Positions 8,035 through 17,757 of a DNA stretch of 32,000 nucleotides are shown here, in pieces. The position numbers and the translations under genes are program-made. The notes beneath the pieces were generated by a model. That model was not told the DNA's origin. It saw only the letters and a list, made by a program, of their open reading frames with translations, and did not search any database. This DNA comes from Geotalea uraniireducens Rf4 (GTDB lineage: Bacteria; Desulfobacterota; Desulfuromonadia; Geobacterales; Geobacteraceae): the NCBI RefSeq assembly GCF_000016745.1, contig NC_009483.1, positions 2,160,001 to 2,192,000 of the forward strand. Reading direction: 5' to 3'. The first letter of the stretch is position 1; every line of letters starts with the position of its first letter.

Positions 8035-10326
8035 ATGACCATTATCAAACTCTCTGAAGATAATCGCATCTCCCTTCCCCTGGAAGTGACGGAGGCCCTC
8101 GGACTTAAGCCGGGGGATGCCGTTGAGCTGACAGCGTCGGAAAACGGATTTCTTTTGGCCCGCCATACCCCTGCGTCCCCAGCCCCTTTGCGCGAATCCG
8201 TCAGCCGCAAGAACCTTGAAACTCCAATGCAGTTCATCAAGGGTGTAGGGCCGAAGCTGGCCGAGAACCTTGCGAAGAAGGGTGTCAGCGTCGTTGAGGA
8301 TGCGCTCTTCCTGCTCCCCCATCGTTACGAGGACCGACGCACCCTGGCCAAGATAGGCAGACTGCGCCCCGGCGCCAACGAGGTCTTCTTTGCCGAGGTG
8401 ATTGCAGCCGATGCCGCATCGACACGCGGCGGGAAGCGGTTCTTTGAGGTGACCGTCGGCGATGGCAGCGGTACGGTCACCCTCAAGTGGTTCCATTTCA
8501 ATCCCGCATTCATGAAAAAGATCTGGAAGCCGGGGAGGAAAGGGATCTTCACCGGCGAGGTGGTGCAGTACGGCTTTCAGCGCGAGGTGCATCACCCGGA
8601 GGTGGAATGGCTTCCAGAGGGGGAGGACCTTGCTGCAGTCATGGCCGGGGACCCGCTCAGCTTCGGGAGGATTCTGCCCGTTTACCCGCTTACCGAGGGG
8701 CTCAGTCAGAAGACCCTGCGCAAGGTGATGAAGGAGGCGGTGGACAGGTTTGTTGCGGATGTGGAAAACCATCTCCCGCTTGAAGTAATCGGCAGGCACG
8801 ATCTCATGCCTTTGGACAAGGCGCTGCAGGCGGCCCATTTCCCCGCAAACGACGCGGATCTCCAGACGCTGAACAACGGTGCGACTGCTGCCCACAGAAC
8901 CCTCGCTTTCGATGAATTCTTTTTCCTGGAGCTGGGGCTGGCCTTGAAGAAAAACGGCATCGCTCTGGAGGAGGGGATAGACTTCCAGGTAACACATAAA
9001 TACACGAAGGAGCTGCTGAAGCTTTTGCCCTTCTCATTGACCAATGCCCAGCGCCGGGTCCTGTCGGAGATAAAGAACGATATGATGGCGCCCCATCCCA
9101 TGCACCGCCTCGTACAGGGGGACGTGGGGTGCGGCAAGACCCTGGTGGCACTCATGGCGGCGCTGGTTGCGGTGGAAAACGATTACCAGGTCGCCATCAT
9201 GGCCCCGACCGAGATCCTCGCCGAGCAGCACTTTCTCAATATCCATCACTGGTGCGACGCATTGGGCGTAAAGGTGGCGCTCCTCACCTCAAGCCTGAAG
9301 GGGAAGGCGAAGAAGGCCGCCCTGGAAGAGATCGCCACGGGAAATGCCCAGGTCGTCATCGGCACCCATGCGGTGATCCAGGATAAGGTCGAATTCCGTC
9401 GGCTCGGCCTGGGGATCATCGACGAGCAACACCGCTTCGGCGTCCTGCAACGGGGCATTCTGAAGAAGAAGGGGCAAAACCCCGACATCCTGGTGATGAC
9501 GGCAACCCCGATCCCGCGCACACTGGCCATGACGGTTTTCGGCGACCTGTCGCTTTCCGTCATCGACGAACTCCCTCCCGGCAGGACCCCGGTGGAAACA
9601 CGCATAGCCTTCGAATCAAGGCGTTCCCAGGTATACGGCGTTATCCGCGAAGAGGTGAAAAAGGGACGACAGGCCTACGTCATCTATCCACTGGTTGAGG
9701 AGTCGGAGAAGTCGGACCTGAAGGCGGCTGCCCAGATGGCGGAACAGCTGCAAAGCGACGTATTCCCCGATCTGCGGGTGGGCTTGCTGCACGGCAGGAT
9801 GCGGCCGGATGAGAAGGAAGCGGTGATGGCCGCATTCAAGGCGCGGGAAACCGACATTCTCGTGGCGACCACCGTCATCGAGGTGGGTATCGATGTGCCC
9901 AACGCGACCGTCATGGTGATCGAGCATGCCGAACGATTCGGTCTCTCCCAGCTCCACCAGTTGCGCGGCCGGGTAGGGCGGGGGAGCGACAAGTCACGCT
10001 GCATACTCCTTACAACCGGCAGACTTTCCGAGGACGGTGAAAAGCGGCTGCGGGTGATGGAGTCGACCAGCGACGGGTTCCGGATTGCCGAGGCCGACCT
10101 GGAAATACGCGGGCCGGGAGATTTCCTCGGAACCCGTCAGGCCGGGTTGCCGGACTTTCGTGTCGCCAACATCCTGCGTGACGGCCGCATTCTGGAGGAG
10201 GCGAGGATGGAAGCGTTCAGCTTCGTGGAAAAGGACCGGGGGCTGGTTGCCCCGGAGAATGCCGGGCTGCGCCGGGAACTGGCGCGGCGTTGGGGGGGGC
10301 GGCTGGAGCTGGCGGGTATTGCCTGA
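8035..10326 (+). CDS. recG: ATP-dependent DNA helicase RecG, apparently with an N-terminal AbrB/SpoVT-like extension
   Basis: The sequence has GVGPKLAENLAKKGVSVVEDALFLLPHRYEDRR (RecG N-terminus/wedge), GDVGCGKT (Walker A), DEQHRFG, TATPIPRT and QLHQLRGRVGRG. The stop position is secure but the start is uncertain. Candidate ATGs lie at 8035, 8011 and 8227, and none has a strong RBS. The ORF-track start at 7837 falls in the recombinase fossil. Confidence 0.92.
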   Translation: MTIIKLSEDNRISLPLEVTEALGLKPGDAVELTASENGFLLARHTPASPAPLRESVSRKNLETPMQFIKGVGPKLAENLAKKGVSVVEDALFLLPHRYEDRRTLAKIGRLRPGANEVFFAEVIAADAASTRGGKRFFEVTVGDGSGTVTLKWFHFNPAFMKKIWKPGRKGIFTGEVVQYGFQREVHHPEVEWLPEGEDLAAVMAGDPLSFGRILPVYPLTEGLSQKTLRKVMKEAVDRFVADVENHLPLEVIGRHDLMPLDKALQAAHFPANDADLQTLNNGATAAHRTLAFDEFFFLELGLALKKNGIALEEGIDFQVTHKYTKELLKLLPFSLTNAQRRVLSEIKNDMMAPHPMHRLVQGDVGCGKTLVALMAALVAVENDYQVAIMAPTEILAEQHFLNIHHWCDALGVKVALLTSSLKGKAKKAALEEIATGNAQVVIGTHAVIQDKVEFRRLGLGIIDEQHRFGVLQRGILKKKGQNPDILVMTATPIPRTLAMTVFGDLSLSVIDELPPGRTPVETRIAFESRRSQVYGVIREEVKKGRQAYVIYPLVEESEKSDLKAAAQMAEQLQSDVFPDLRVGLLHGRMRPDEKEAVMAAFKARETDILVATTVIEVGIDVPNATVMVIEHAERFGLSQLHQLRGRVGRGSDKSRCILLTTGRLSEDGEKRLRVMESTSDGFRIAEADLEIRGPGDFLGTRQAGLPDFRVANILRDGRILEEARMEAFSFVEKDRGLVAPENAGLRRELARRWGGRLELAGIA

Positions 10327-10403
10327 AATCGGTAACGTGACTAACCAAGATCAAATCTTGCACGCGGATAACATCTGATCAAAATCGGTAGTCTTTCCCA
10401 TGT

Positions 10404-11471
10404 CTAGGTATTCTGTTGCACCAGTTCGCGGATGTCCTTCACCAGAGCGGCGATGTCCGCATCGCTGGTTTCCCATGAGCACATGAAGCGGGCGCCTCCA
10501 GAGCCGATGAAGGTGTAAAAGTGCCAGCCGCGGTTGCGCAGCGCTTCCATCAGCGTTGGCGGCATCTCCAGAAATACGGAGTTTGCCTGGCAGGGGAACA
10601 TGACTCTGATGCCGGCAATGGATTGCAGCTCTTTTTCCAGCTTCCGGGCGCAGGCATTGGCATGGGCAGCATGACGCAGCCAGGCGCCGCTTTCCAGGGT
10701 GCCGATCCATGGAGCGGCAAGGTAGCGCATCTTTGAGGCGAGTTGCCCAGCCTGTTTGCAACGGTAGTCGAACTCGAATGCCAGTTCGCGGTTAAAGAAA
10801 ATGACGGCTTCGCCCATGGCGAAGCCGTTTTTCGTTCCGCCGAAACAGAGCACATCCACCCCCGCTTTCCATGTGATTTCCTTCGGTGCGACGTTCAAGG
10901 ACGCTATGGCATTGGCGAAACGGGCTCCGTCCATATGAATCCGCAGAGAAAAACGCCTGGCAACCTCGCCGATCGCCTGCATTTCATCAACGGTGTAGAC
11001 CGTGCCCAGTTCCGTTGCCTGGGTTATACTCAGCGCACGCGGTTTCGGATAGTGGATGTCCGTGCGGCGCTGAACCGTATGTTCAATTTCTCCGAGATCG
11101 ACCTTTCCGTTTTCACCATGCACCAGCAAAACCTTGGTGCCGTTGGAGAAAAACTCGGAAGCGCCGCACTCGTCGGTTTCGATGTGCGCCATTTCGTGGC
11201 AGATGATGCTGTGATAGGACTGGCAGAGCGAAGCAAGCGCCAGAGAGTTGGCTGCCGTGCCGTTAAAGACGAAAAACACCTCGCAGTCGGTCTCAAAGAG
11301 CTCCCGCAGCCGTTCGCAGGCCTTGCCGGTCCAGTAGTCGTCTCCGTACGATGAGGCGTAGCCGCGATTTGCTTCCGCCATCGCCTGCATTGCTTCCGGG
11401 CAGATCCCGGCGTAATTGTCGCTGGCAAACTGATGATGCTGCAGCGGTTTTTGAAGATCGGCACGCTTCAT
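10404..11471 (-). CDS. ltaE: Low-specificity L-threonine aldolase (beta-eliminating lyase family, PLP-dependent)
   Basis: 355 aa with GGGAGTGAG upstream of the ATG. FASDNYAGICPEAM, ETDCEVFFVFNGTAANSLALASLCQSYHSIICHE and CFGGTKNG (PLP lysine) closely match my recollection of Pseudomonas-type LtaE. Confidence 0.9.
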   Translation of the reverse strand: MKRADLQKPLQHHQFASDNYAGICPEAMQAMAEANRGYASSYGDDYWTGKACERLRELFETDCEVFFVFNGTAANSLALASLCQSYHSIICHEMAHIETDECGASEFFSNGTKVLLVHGENGKVDLGEIEHTVQRRTDIHYPKPRALSITQATELGTVYTVDEMQAIGEVARRFSLRIHMDGARFANAIASLNVAPKEITWKAGVDVLCFGGTKNGFAMGEAVIFFNRELAFEFDYRCKQAGQLASKMRYLAAPWIGTLESGAWLRHAAHANACARKLEKELQSIAGIRVMFPCQANSVFLEMPPTLMEALRNRGWHFYTFIGSGGARFMCSWETSDADIAALVKDIRELVQQNT

Positions 11472-11717
11472 ATCTCACTCCCTGTCGCTGGATTTCATTG
11501 AGCTGGAATGGTGGTAACAGTTCCATGTATTTAACCGTTTTACCGTGCAAATGCAATCGGAATCAAATCGCGTTCAACTGCCGTGAGTGTTCTCGGGAAA
11601 TGTTGTCGGAAATATTCGTCATAACCCATGAAAGCTCATGGTTTTATGGTAGAAATAGTAATGATGACGATACGGCTGGCAGGATTTTGTTATGGGGAAA
11701 ATAGGGGGAAACACACA

Positions 11718-14700
11718 ATGGACAACGAACTGAACAGTAAAATCATCTCCCGCGGTAAGGAATTCTTTGCCGGCATCAGGGGCGAAACCCCTTCACTTTT
11801 CAACAAGGGGGAGTGGATGGGCAAGGTGATGGATTGGAGCATGAGAAACGAAAACTTCAAGGTGCAGATGTTTCGTTTTGTCGATGTTTTCCCAACGCTG
11901 ACCAACGGGAGGCTTCTGGCCGATCATATCCGGGAATATTTCGGCGGCGGGCAGGAGATGCCTGCCGTCGTCTCGTGGGGGGCCGACGTTGCCGGGATGT
12001 TGGGCCCGCTCGGCAGCGCCGTGCTCAACAAGGCGCTTTCCTCCAATATACATGAAATGGCCCGCCAGTTCATCATCGGCGAGAGTTGCAAGGAGACGGT
12101 GAAAAATCTTGAGAAATTGCGCAAGGACGGTTTTGCCTTCGTCGTCGATGTGCTGGGCGAGGCGACCCTCTCCGAAGCGGAGGCTGAGGCTTACGTGAAT
12201 ACCTATCTGGATCTTCTCGATTCACTGCAAAAGGAGCAGGGAGGGTGGAAGGGGCTGCCGGGGAGGGGAGGCGATCCGGCGCTGGACTGGGGGCATGCGC
12301 CGAAAATCAACGTGGCCGTCAAGGCGACTGCCCTTTACTGTCTGGCCAATCCGCAGGACTTCGAGGGATCTGTCGTTGCCATTCTCAACCGGTTGCGGCG
12401 CATCTTCGCCAGAGTGGCGGCGGTGAACGGTTTTCTCTGTCTCGACATGGAGTCGTACCGGTTCAAGGACATAATCCTGGAGGTATTCCGCCGCCTGCGA
12501 TTGGAACATCGCGATTACCCGCATCTGGGGATCGTTCTCCAGTCGTACCTGAAAGACACGGACAGGGACCTGGACGATCTCCTCGGCTGGGCTCGAATGA
12601 ACAACGTCCCGCTTTCCATCCGCCTCGTCAAGGGTGCCTACTGGGATTACGAGACGGTCAGGACCAGGCAGAACAATTGGGCGGTACCGGTCTGGACCAT
12701 CAAGGCCGAAACCGATGCCGCATACGAGCGCCAGGCCCGTAAAATCCTGGAGAACCACGCTGTCTGCCACTTCGCCTGCGCTTCCCACAACATCCGCACC
12801 ATCTCCGCGGTCATGGAGATGGCCGGAGAGTTGAGTGTTCCGGAAGAGCGCTATGAGTTTCAGCTTCTTTACGGGATGGCCGAACCGGTTCGCAAGGCAA
12901 TTCTCAAGGTTGCCGGCAGAGTCCGGCTTTACTGTCCCTACGGCAATATGGTGCCGGGTATGGGTTACCTGGTCCGCCGTCTTCTGGAGAATACGGCCAA
13001 TGAGTCGTTTCTCCGTCAGACCTTTGCCGAGGGCGCCCGGATCGAGAAGCTGCTGGAGGACCCGGCCGTGACTGCCGAACGGGAACTGGCAGACCGAGCG
13101 GCCAAGCCGAAGAAGAAGCGGATGGGTCCCGGCGGGCTCTCTCCATTTGAAAACGAGCCGATGGTTGACTTCACCTGTAAGGACCAGCGAGAGGCCTTTC
13201 CACGGCATATTGCCGAGGTGCGCAGGCAGCTCGGCAAGACCTGTCCACTCCATATCAACGGCAGGGATGTGCAAACAAGCGATCTGCTGCCGTCCATCAA
13301 CCCGGCCGGCCCTTCCGAGGTGATCGGCTTGATCTGTCAGGCCGGCGCTACCGAGGTGGAGGAGGCCATTGCTGCCGCCGGGGCTGCTTTTCCGGCCTGG
13401 CGCGACACTGCTCCGGGCAGCCGGGCCGGGTATCTGATCAAAGCCGCGCAAGCTGTCCGCAGACGTCTCTTCGAGCTTTCCGCCTGGCAGGTACTGGAGA
13501 TCGGCAAGCAGTGGGATCAAGCGTATGCGGACGTCACCGAGGCGATCGACTTTCTGGAGTACTACGCCCGTGAGATGATCCGCCTGGGCGAGCCCCAGCG
13601 GGTCGGACACGCCCCTGGCGAGACGAACCATTATTTCTACGAAGCCAAAGGGGTGGCCGCGGTCATCGCTCCATGGAACTTCCCTCTGGCAATCAGCATG
13701 GGAATGGTCTCCGCGGCGCTGGTTACCGGCAATTGCGTCGTTTACAAGCCGTCGGGACTTACTTCGGTCATAGGTCGCCACCTGGTCGAGATTTTCAGCG
13801 AGGCGGGCCTCCCTGCCGGGGTATTTAACTATATCCCGGGCCGTAGCTCGGTCATGGGCGACTTCCTTGTAGACCATCCGCATATCAGCCTGATAGCCTT
13901 CACCGGATCGAGGGAGGTCGGCTTGAGAATCATCGAGCGGGCAGCAAAGGTTCATCCCGGCCAGGCGAAAGTAAAGAAGATCGTCTGCGAAATGGGGGGG
14001 AAAAACGGCATAATCATCGACGATGACGCCGACCTGGACGAGGCGGTTCCCCATGTCCTGTTTTCCGCCTTTGCTTTCCAGGGGCAGAAGTGCTCAGCCT
14101 GCTCCAGGGCCATTGTACTCGACGGGGTCTACGACAAATTCGTCGAGCGCCTTCTGTCCATGGCCCGGGCGACATCGGTCGGTCCGGCGGAGAACCCCGC
14201 TTTTTATATGGGGGCAGTGGCCGACGATAAGGCGATGAAACGCATTCTGGAGTACATTGAAATCGGCGGGAAAGAGGGAGTTATCCTGTATCGAAGCCCG
14301 GTTCCTTCCGAGGGATACTTCGTTCCGATGACCATCATCGGCGGCATTCGTCCCGAGCACCGGATCGCCCGGGAGGAGATCTTCGGCCCGGTCCTGGCGG
14401 TCATGCGGGCCAAGGACTTTGAGCAGGCCGTCGAATGGGCCAATTCAACCAGTTACGCCCTGACCGGCGGGGTCTTCAGCCGGAGCCCCGAGCATCTTGC
14501 CCTGGCCCGCAGGGAATTCCGTGTCGGTAACCTTTACTTCAATCGCAACTGCACCGGCGCCCTTGTTGAGCGCCAGCCTTTCGGAGGTTCCAGGATGTCG
14601 GGAGTCGGCGCCAAGGCGGGTGGACCAGACTATCTGCTTCATTTCATGGAACCGCGGGTGGTCACCGAAAACACCATGCGCCGCGGTTTTGCGCCGGTCG

Positions 14701-14726
14701 ATGAAGGTGATGACCGGGTTGATTGA
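11718..14726 (+). CDS. putA: Bifunctional proline dehydrogenase / L-glutamate gamma-semialdehyde (P5C) dehydrogenase, minimalist PutA
   Basis: The ATG at 11718 lies 8 nt after AGGGGGA. The 1002-aa product has a PRODH barrel (LRLVKGAYWDYE, YGMAEP, VRRLLENTANESF) and an ALDH domain (APWNFPLAI, FTGS, EMGGKN, catalytic Cys in QGQKCSA). There is no N-terminal ribbon-helix-helix domain. Confidence 0.93.
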   Translation: MDNELNSKIISRGKEFFAGIRGETPSLFNKGEWMGKVMDWSMRNENFKVQMFRFVDVFPTLTNGRLLADHIREYFGGGQEMPAVVSWGADVAGMLGPLGSAVLNKALSSNIHEMARQFIIGESCKETVKNLEKLRKDGFAFVVDVLGEATLSEAEAEAYVNTYLDLLDSLQKEQGGWKGLPGRGGDPALDWGHAPKINVAVKATALYCLANPQDFEGSVVAILNRLRRIFARVAAVNGFLCLDMESYRFKDIILEVFRRLRLEHRDYPHLGIVLQSYLKDTDRDLDDLLGWARMNNVPLSIRLVKGAYWDYETVRTRQNNWAVPVWTIKAETDAAYERQARKILENHAVCHFACASHNIRTISAVMEMAGELSVPEERYEFQLLYGMAEPVRKAILKVAGRVRLYCPYGNMVPGMGYLVRRLLENTANESFLRQTFAEGARIEKLLEDPAVTAERELADRAAKPKKKRMGPGGLSPFENEPMVDFTCKDQREAFPRHIAEVRRQLGKTCPLHINGRDVQTSDLLPSINPAGPSEVIGLICQAGATEVEEAIAAAGAAFPAWRDTAPGSRAGYLIKAAQAVRRRLFELSAWQVLEIGKQWDQAYADVTEAIDFLEYYAREMIRLGEPQRVGHAPGETNHYFYEAKGVAAVIAPWNFPLAISMGMVSAALVTGNCVVYKPSGLTSVIGRHLVEIFSEAGLPAGVFNYIPGRSSVMGDFLVDHPHISLIAFTGSREVGLRIIERAAKVHPGQAKVKKIVCEMGGKNGIIIDDDADLDEAVPHVLFSAFAFQGQKCSACSRAIVLDGVYDKFVERLLSMARATSVGPAENPAFYMGAVADDKAMKRILEYIEIGGKEGVILYRSPVPSEGYFVPMTIIGGIRPEHRIAREEIFGPVLAVMRAKDFEQAVEWANSTSYALTGGVFSRSPEHLALARREFRVGNLYFNRNCTGALVERQPFGGSRMSGVGAKAGGPDYLLHFMEPRVVTENTMRRGFAPVDEGDDRVD

Positions 14727-14850
14727 CGTAATGCATTGTGTCTGGCATTTAAAACTTCTCTTGGTATTTATCCTTGCAAATAATTGACGAATGGTTTAAT
14801 AAAGTGAACCCGGTTTTCATGAGTTGAGAACCGTTTCAGGGAATTTTACC

Positions 14851-14878
14851 TTGACAAAAACGGCTCCATCTATATACT
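14851..14878 (+). promoter_or_regulatory. Candidate sigma70 promoter for the yceD-rpmF-plsX-fab cluster
   Basis: TTGACA (14851-14856), a 16-nt spacer, then TATACT (14873-14878), about 35 nt upstream of the yceD start. Supported by motifs only. Confidence 0.45.
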
Positions 14879-14912
14879 GAAAAGCTTTGAATGCACTACC
14901 CTTGGTGAGAAA

Positions 14913-15449
14913 TTGAAAGTTCGCATAGTTGATTTGAAAGATAAAATGCTGGTTCTGACTGCTGAGGAGCCGGTTGCCGACTATCCTGACCTTGTGTCGA
15001 TGGTTGATGCCGGCGACTGTGAATTCCTGGCGCCATTGCGGCTTTCCTTTTCGGTTGCCAGGGAATTTGATCATATCAGGGTTGCCGGTAAGGTAGAAAC
15101 CGCTGTCATGATGAACTGTTCCCTGTGTCTGGGTGAGTATGATACGGAAATAGCTTCGTCCTTTACTGTGTTTTATACAAAAGCCTCCGGGATGGCGCTT
15201 GACGAAGAGGTCGAACTGGCTGAAGAAGACCTTATTTCCAAGTCCTATGAAGGTGACGAGATTGATTTTGCCCCTGAAGTTGCGGAGCAAGTCATAATGG
15301 AAATTCCTTTCAAACCCCTCTGCAAAGAAGATTGTGCCGGTTTGTGCAGCAAGTGCGGTGTAAATCTGAATGAAACCGCATGCAATTGCGATCGGAGCGA
15401 GGGCGGTTTTAAATTTGGTGCGTTGAAAGGCATTAAGATAGAAAAGTAA
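14913..15449 (+). CDS. yceD: YceD/DUF177 family protein (23S rRNA accumulation protein)
   Basis: 178 aa lying immediately upstream of rpmF, as in most bacteria. The C-terminal cysteine cluster is [23 protein letters not shown]. The TTG start at 14913 is tentative. Confidence 0.85.
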   Translation: MKVRIVDLKDKMLVLTAEEPVADYPDLVSMVDAGDCEFLAPLRLSFSVAREFDHIRVAGKVETAVMMNCSLCLGEYDTEIASSFTVFYTKASGMALDEEVELAEEDLISKSYEGDEIDFAPEVAEQVIMEIPFKPLCKEDCAGLCSKCGVNLNETACNCDRSEGGFKFGALKGIKIEK

Positions 15450-15465
15450 AAAAAGGAGAAACATT

Positions 15466-15648
15466 ATGGCAGTACCTAAGAAAAAGACATCCAAATCCCG
15501 TAAAAACATGAGAAGGGCGCATGATTCCCTTACCGCTCCAACCGTTTCCACCTGTCCCCAGTGTAAAGCTCCCAAACTTCCGCATCGCGTCTGTCCATCC
15601 TGTGGCACCTATAAAGGCAGAGAAGTGATTAAAGCCGAAGAGCTTTAA
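15466..15648 (+). CDS. rpmF: 50S ribosomal protein L32
   Basis: [19 protein letters not shown]... with a CPQC...CPSC zinc ribbon. AAGGAG lies upstream. Confidence 0.97.
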   Translation: MAVPKKKTSKSRKNMRRAHDSLTAPTVSTCPQCKAPKLPHRVCPSCGTYKGREVIKAEEL

Positions 15649-15699
15649 TGATTTTACTCTGTAACGTTCTTTTTTTGAGAATCGCTGCCTAGGGGTTAT

Positions 15700-16740
15700 A
15701 TGAGAGTTGCTGTCGATGCAATGGGAGGCGATAACGCGCCCGTTGTCGAGGTTGAGGGTGCTGTTGCTGCTGCCGGAGAATTTGGTATTCCCGTTACTCT
15801 GGTAGGTGATACTGATAGAGTCAATCAGGAGCTTGCCAAGTACAATTGTAAAGGCTTGGATATAACGGTCAAGCATGCCAGCGAGGTAGTGGGCATGCAT
15901 GATTCTGCCTCGGACGCGGTCAGGAAGAAAAAGGATTCTTCCATACGGGTCGCCTTTGACCTTGTCAAGAACGACGAAGCGGTTGCGGTTGTCAGTGCCG
16001 GGAATTCCGGCGCAACGATGGCTGCCGGGATGTTCGTTCTCAAGCGGCTCAAGGGCATTGACCGTCCTGCCATTGCCCAGATATTTCCAACCTTGCGCGG
16101 CAAAACACTGGTGCTGGACGTGGGTGGCAACGTGGATTGCAAGCCGCTCCATCTCGTGCAGTTTGCAATAATGGGTGAAGTGTACGCACGGTTTGTCATG
16201 GGTGTGGATAACCCCAGGATCGGACTCCTTTCCAATGGTGAGGAGGAGAGCAAGGGGAATGACCTGACCCGTGAAACGAGCGCTTTACTGAAAAACACCT
16301 CACTTGACTATTTCGGCTATGTCGAGGGACGCGATATTTTCAACGGCATAGTGGATGTGGTTGTCTGTGACGGTTTTGTCGGCAATGTGGTGCTGAAACT
16401 TTCCGAGGGTCTTGCAGAGGCCGTCGGCAAAATGCTGAAGGACGAAATAAAGCAAAGTTTGTTGTCAAAAATCGGTTATCTTTTGTCCCGCAAAGCTTTT
16501 GTCAACTTTAAAAAGAAGGTCGATTACAGTGAATATGGCGGGGCACCTCTGTTGGGGATCGACGGCGTCGGCATGATTTGCCACGGAGGTTCCAACGCCA
16601 AGGCTATCAAGAATGCCATTCGCTTTGCCCATGAGTATGCGCAAAAAGGTGTAAATCAACGTATGGCGGAGAAGCTTCAGGAGAATTACCCCCTGTATAT
16701 GCAACAACTCGAAATGCTAAAAGTTCAAGCAGCAGGATAG
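15700..16740 (+). CDS. plsX: Phosphate acyltransferase PlsX
   Basis: [15 protein letters not shown]-terminus and VSAGNSGA motif, 346 aa. The gene sits in the conserved rpmF-plsX-fabH position. Confidence 0.97.
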   Translation: MRVAVDAMGGDNAPVVEVEGAVAAAGEFGIPVTLVGDTDRVNQELAKYNCKGLDITVKHASEVVGMHDSASDAVRKKKDSSIRVAFDLVKNDEAVAVVSAGNSGATMAAGMFVLKRLKGIDRPAIAQIFPTLRGKTLVLDVGGNVDCKPLHLVQFAIMGEVYARFVMGVDNPRIGLLSNGEEESKGNDLTRETSALLKNTSLDYFGYVEGRDIFNGIVDVVVCDGFVGNVVLKLSEGLAEAVGKMLKDEIKQSLLSKIGYLLSRKAFVNFKKKVDYSEYGGAPLLGIDGVGMICHGGSNAKAIKNAIRFAHEYAQKGVNQRMAEKLQENYPLYMQQLEMLKVQAAG

Positions 16741-16754
16741 GGAAGGTCGGACTC

Positions 16755-17735
16755 ATGATGCGTGCAAGGATAACAGGTACAGGTTCAGCGGTTCCTGACA
16801 AGGTGTTGACCAATTTCGATCTTGAGAAGATGGTTGATACGAGTGATGAATGGATAACGACCAGGACCGGGATCAAGGAACGCCGGATTGCCGGTGAAGG
16901 GGAGTACACTTCGACATTTGCCACCAGGGCGGCGGAGAAAGCCCTGGAGATGGCCGGGGTCAAGGCGGATGAACTGGACCTGGTCATCGTCGGCACGGTG
17001 ACCCCTGATTTTCCATTTCCCGCCACTGCTTGTGTGGTGCAGAATAATATAAAGGCTGTAAATGCAGCCGCGTTTGATGTTACTGCTGCCTGCTCCGGGT
17101 TTCTATACGGCTTGTCCGTGGCAGAGAAGTTTATCAGGACAGGTACTGTAAAAAAAGCGCTTGTTATCGGCGCGGAAGTGCTCTCCAGGATTATCGACTG
17201 GTCGGACAGAAATACCTGCCTTCTTTTCGGCGATGGCGCCGGGGCAGTAGTGGTTGAGGCGTGCGAAGGTGACAACGGCGTTCTCTCCACGCACATCCAC
17301 AGTGACGGTTCTTTTTGGGAGCTTCTCTATCTGCCTGCATGCGGCAGCAGGAACCCTGCCACGCAAAAGGCCGTGGACGACAAGTTGATTTACCTGATGA
17401 TGCAGGGAAACGAGGTCTTCAAGCTGGCGGTGAGGGCTATGGGAGAGGTAGCCCATGAGGCGCTTGCCGCCAGTGGCATGACCCCTGCCGACATTGACCT
17501 CTTCATTCCGCATCAGGCGAATCGACGCATCATCGATGCTATCGGCAAGCGACTCGGACTTGCCGAGGACCGGGTCTTTGTCAATCTTGACCGTTACGGC
17601 AATACCTCCGCAGCCTCCATACCGATAGCGCTGGATGAAGCGAATCGCTCGTCACGCATCAAGGAAGGGGATATTGTTCTCTTTGATGCATTTGGCGGCG
17701 GCCTTACCTGGGGGGCGGCTTTACTGCGCTGGTAG
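16755..17735 (+). CDS. fabH: 3-oxoacyl-ACP synthase III (KAS III)
   Basis: The active-site Cys lies in AACSGFLYGL, with HQAN and GNTSAASIP also present. 326 aa. Confidence 0.97.
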   Translation: MMRARITGTGSAVPDKVLTNFDLEKMVDTSDEWITTRTGIKERRIAGEGEYTSTFATRAAEKALEMAGVKADELDLVIVGTVTPDFPFPATACVVQNNIKAVNAAAFDVTAACSGFLYGLSVAEKFIRTGTVKKALVIGAEVLSRIIDWSDRNTCLLFGDGAGAVVVEACEGDNGVLSTHIHSDGSFWELLYLPACGSRNPATQKAVDDKLIYLMMQGNEVFKLAVRAMGEVAHEALAASGMTPADIDLFIPHQANRRIIDAIGKRLGLAEDRVFVNLDRYGNTSAASIPIALDEANRSSRIKEGDIVLFDAFGGGLTWGAALLRW

Positions 17736-17757
17736 TCCTACAAAAGGAAGGTTCTTC

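Noticed and set aside
7708-8997. 429-aa ORF on the minus strand
   Set aside because: It is antisense to recG and the recombinase fossil. It has no RBS or domain signature and has the same antisense composition artefact.
10327-10403. Repeats AAATCGGTA (10326, 10382) and GATCAAA(A)T (10349, 10377) in the convergent recG/ltaE gap, as a possible terminator
   Set aside because: Only an imperfect stem with a large loop can be drawn, and there is no T-run on either strand. This is insufficient to call a terminator or a repeat element.
12222-14054. 610-aa ORF on the minus strand
   Set aside because: It lies entirely antisense to the strongly supported putA CDS. The translation is Arg/Gly/Pro-rich with no recognisable motif. 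Long stop-free antisense frames are expected in GC3-rich genes.
14762-14778. Sigma54-like TGGTAT-n-TTGCA upstream of yceD
   Set aside because: The GG-to-GC spacing is 13 rather than the strict 12, and a good sigma70 promoter lies 75 bp downstream.
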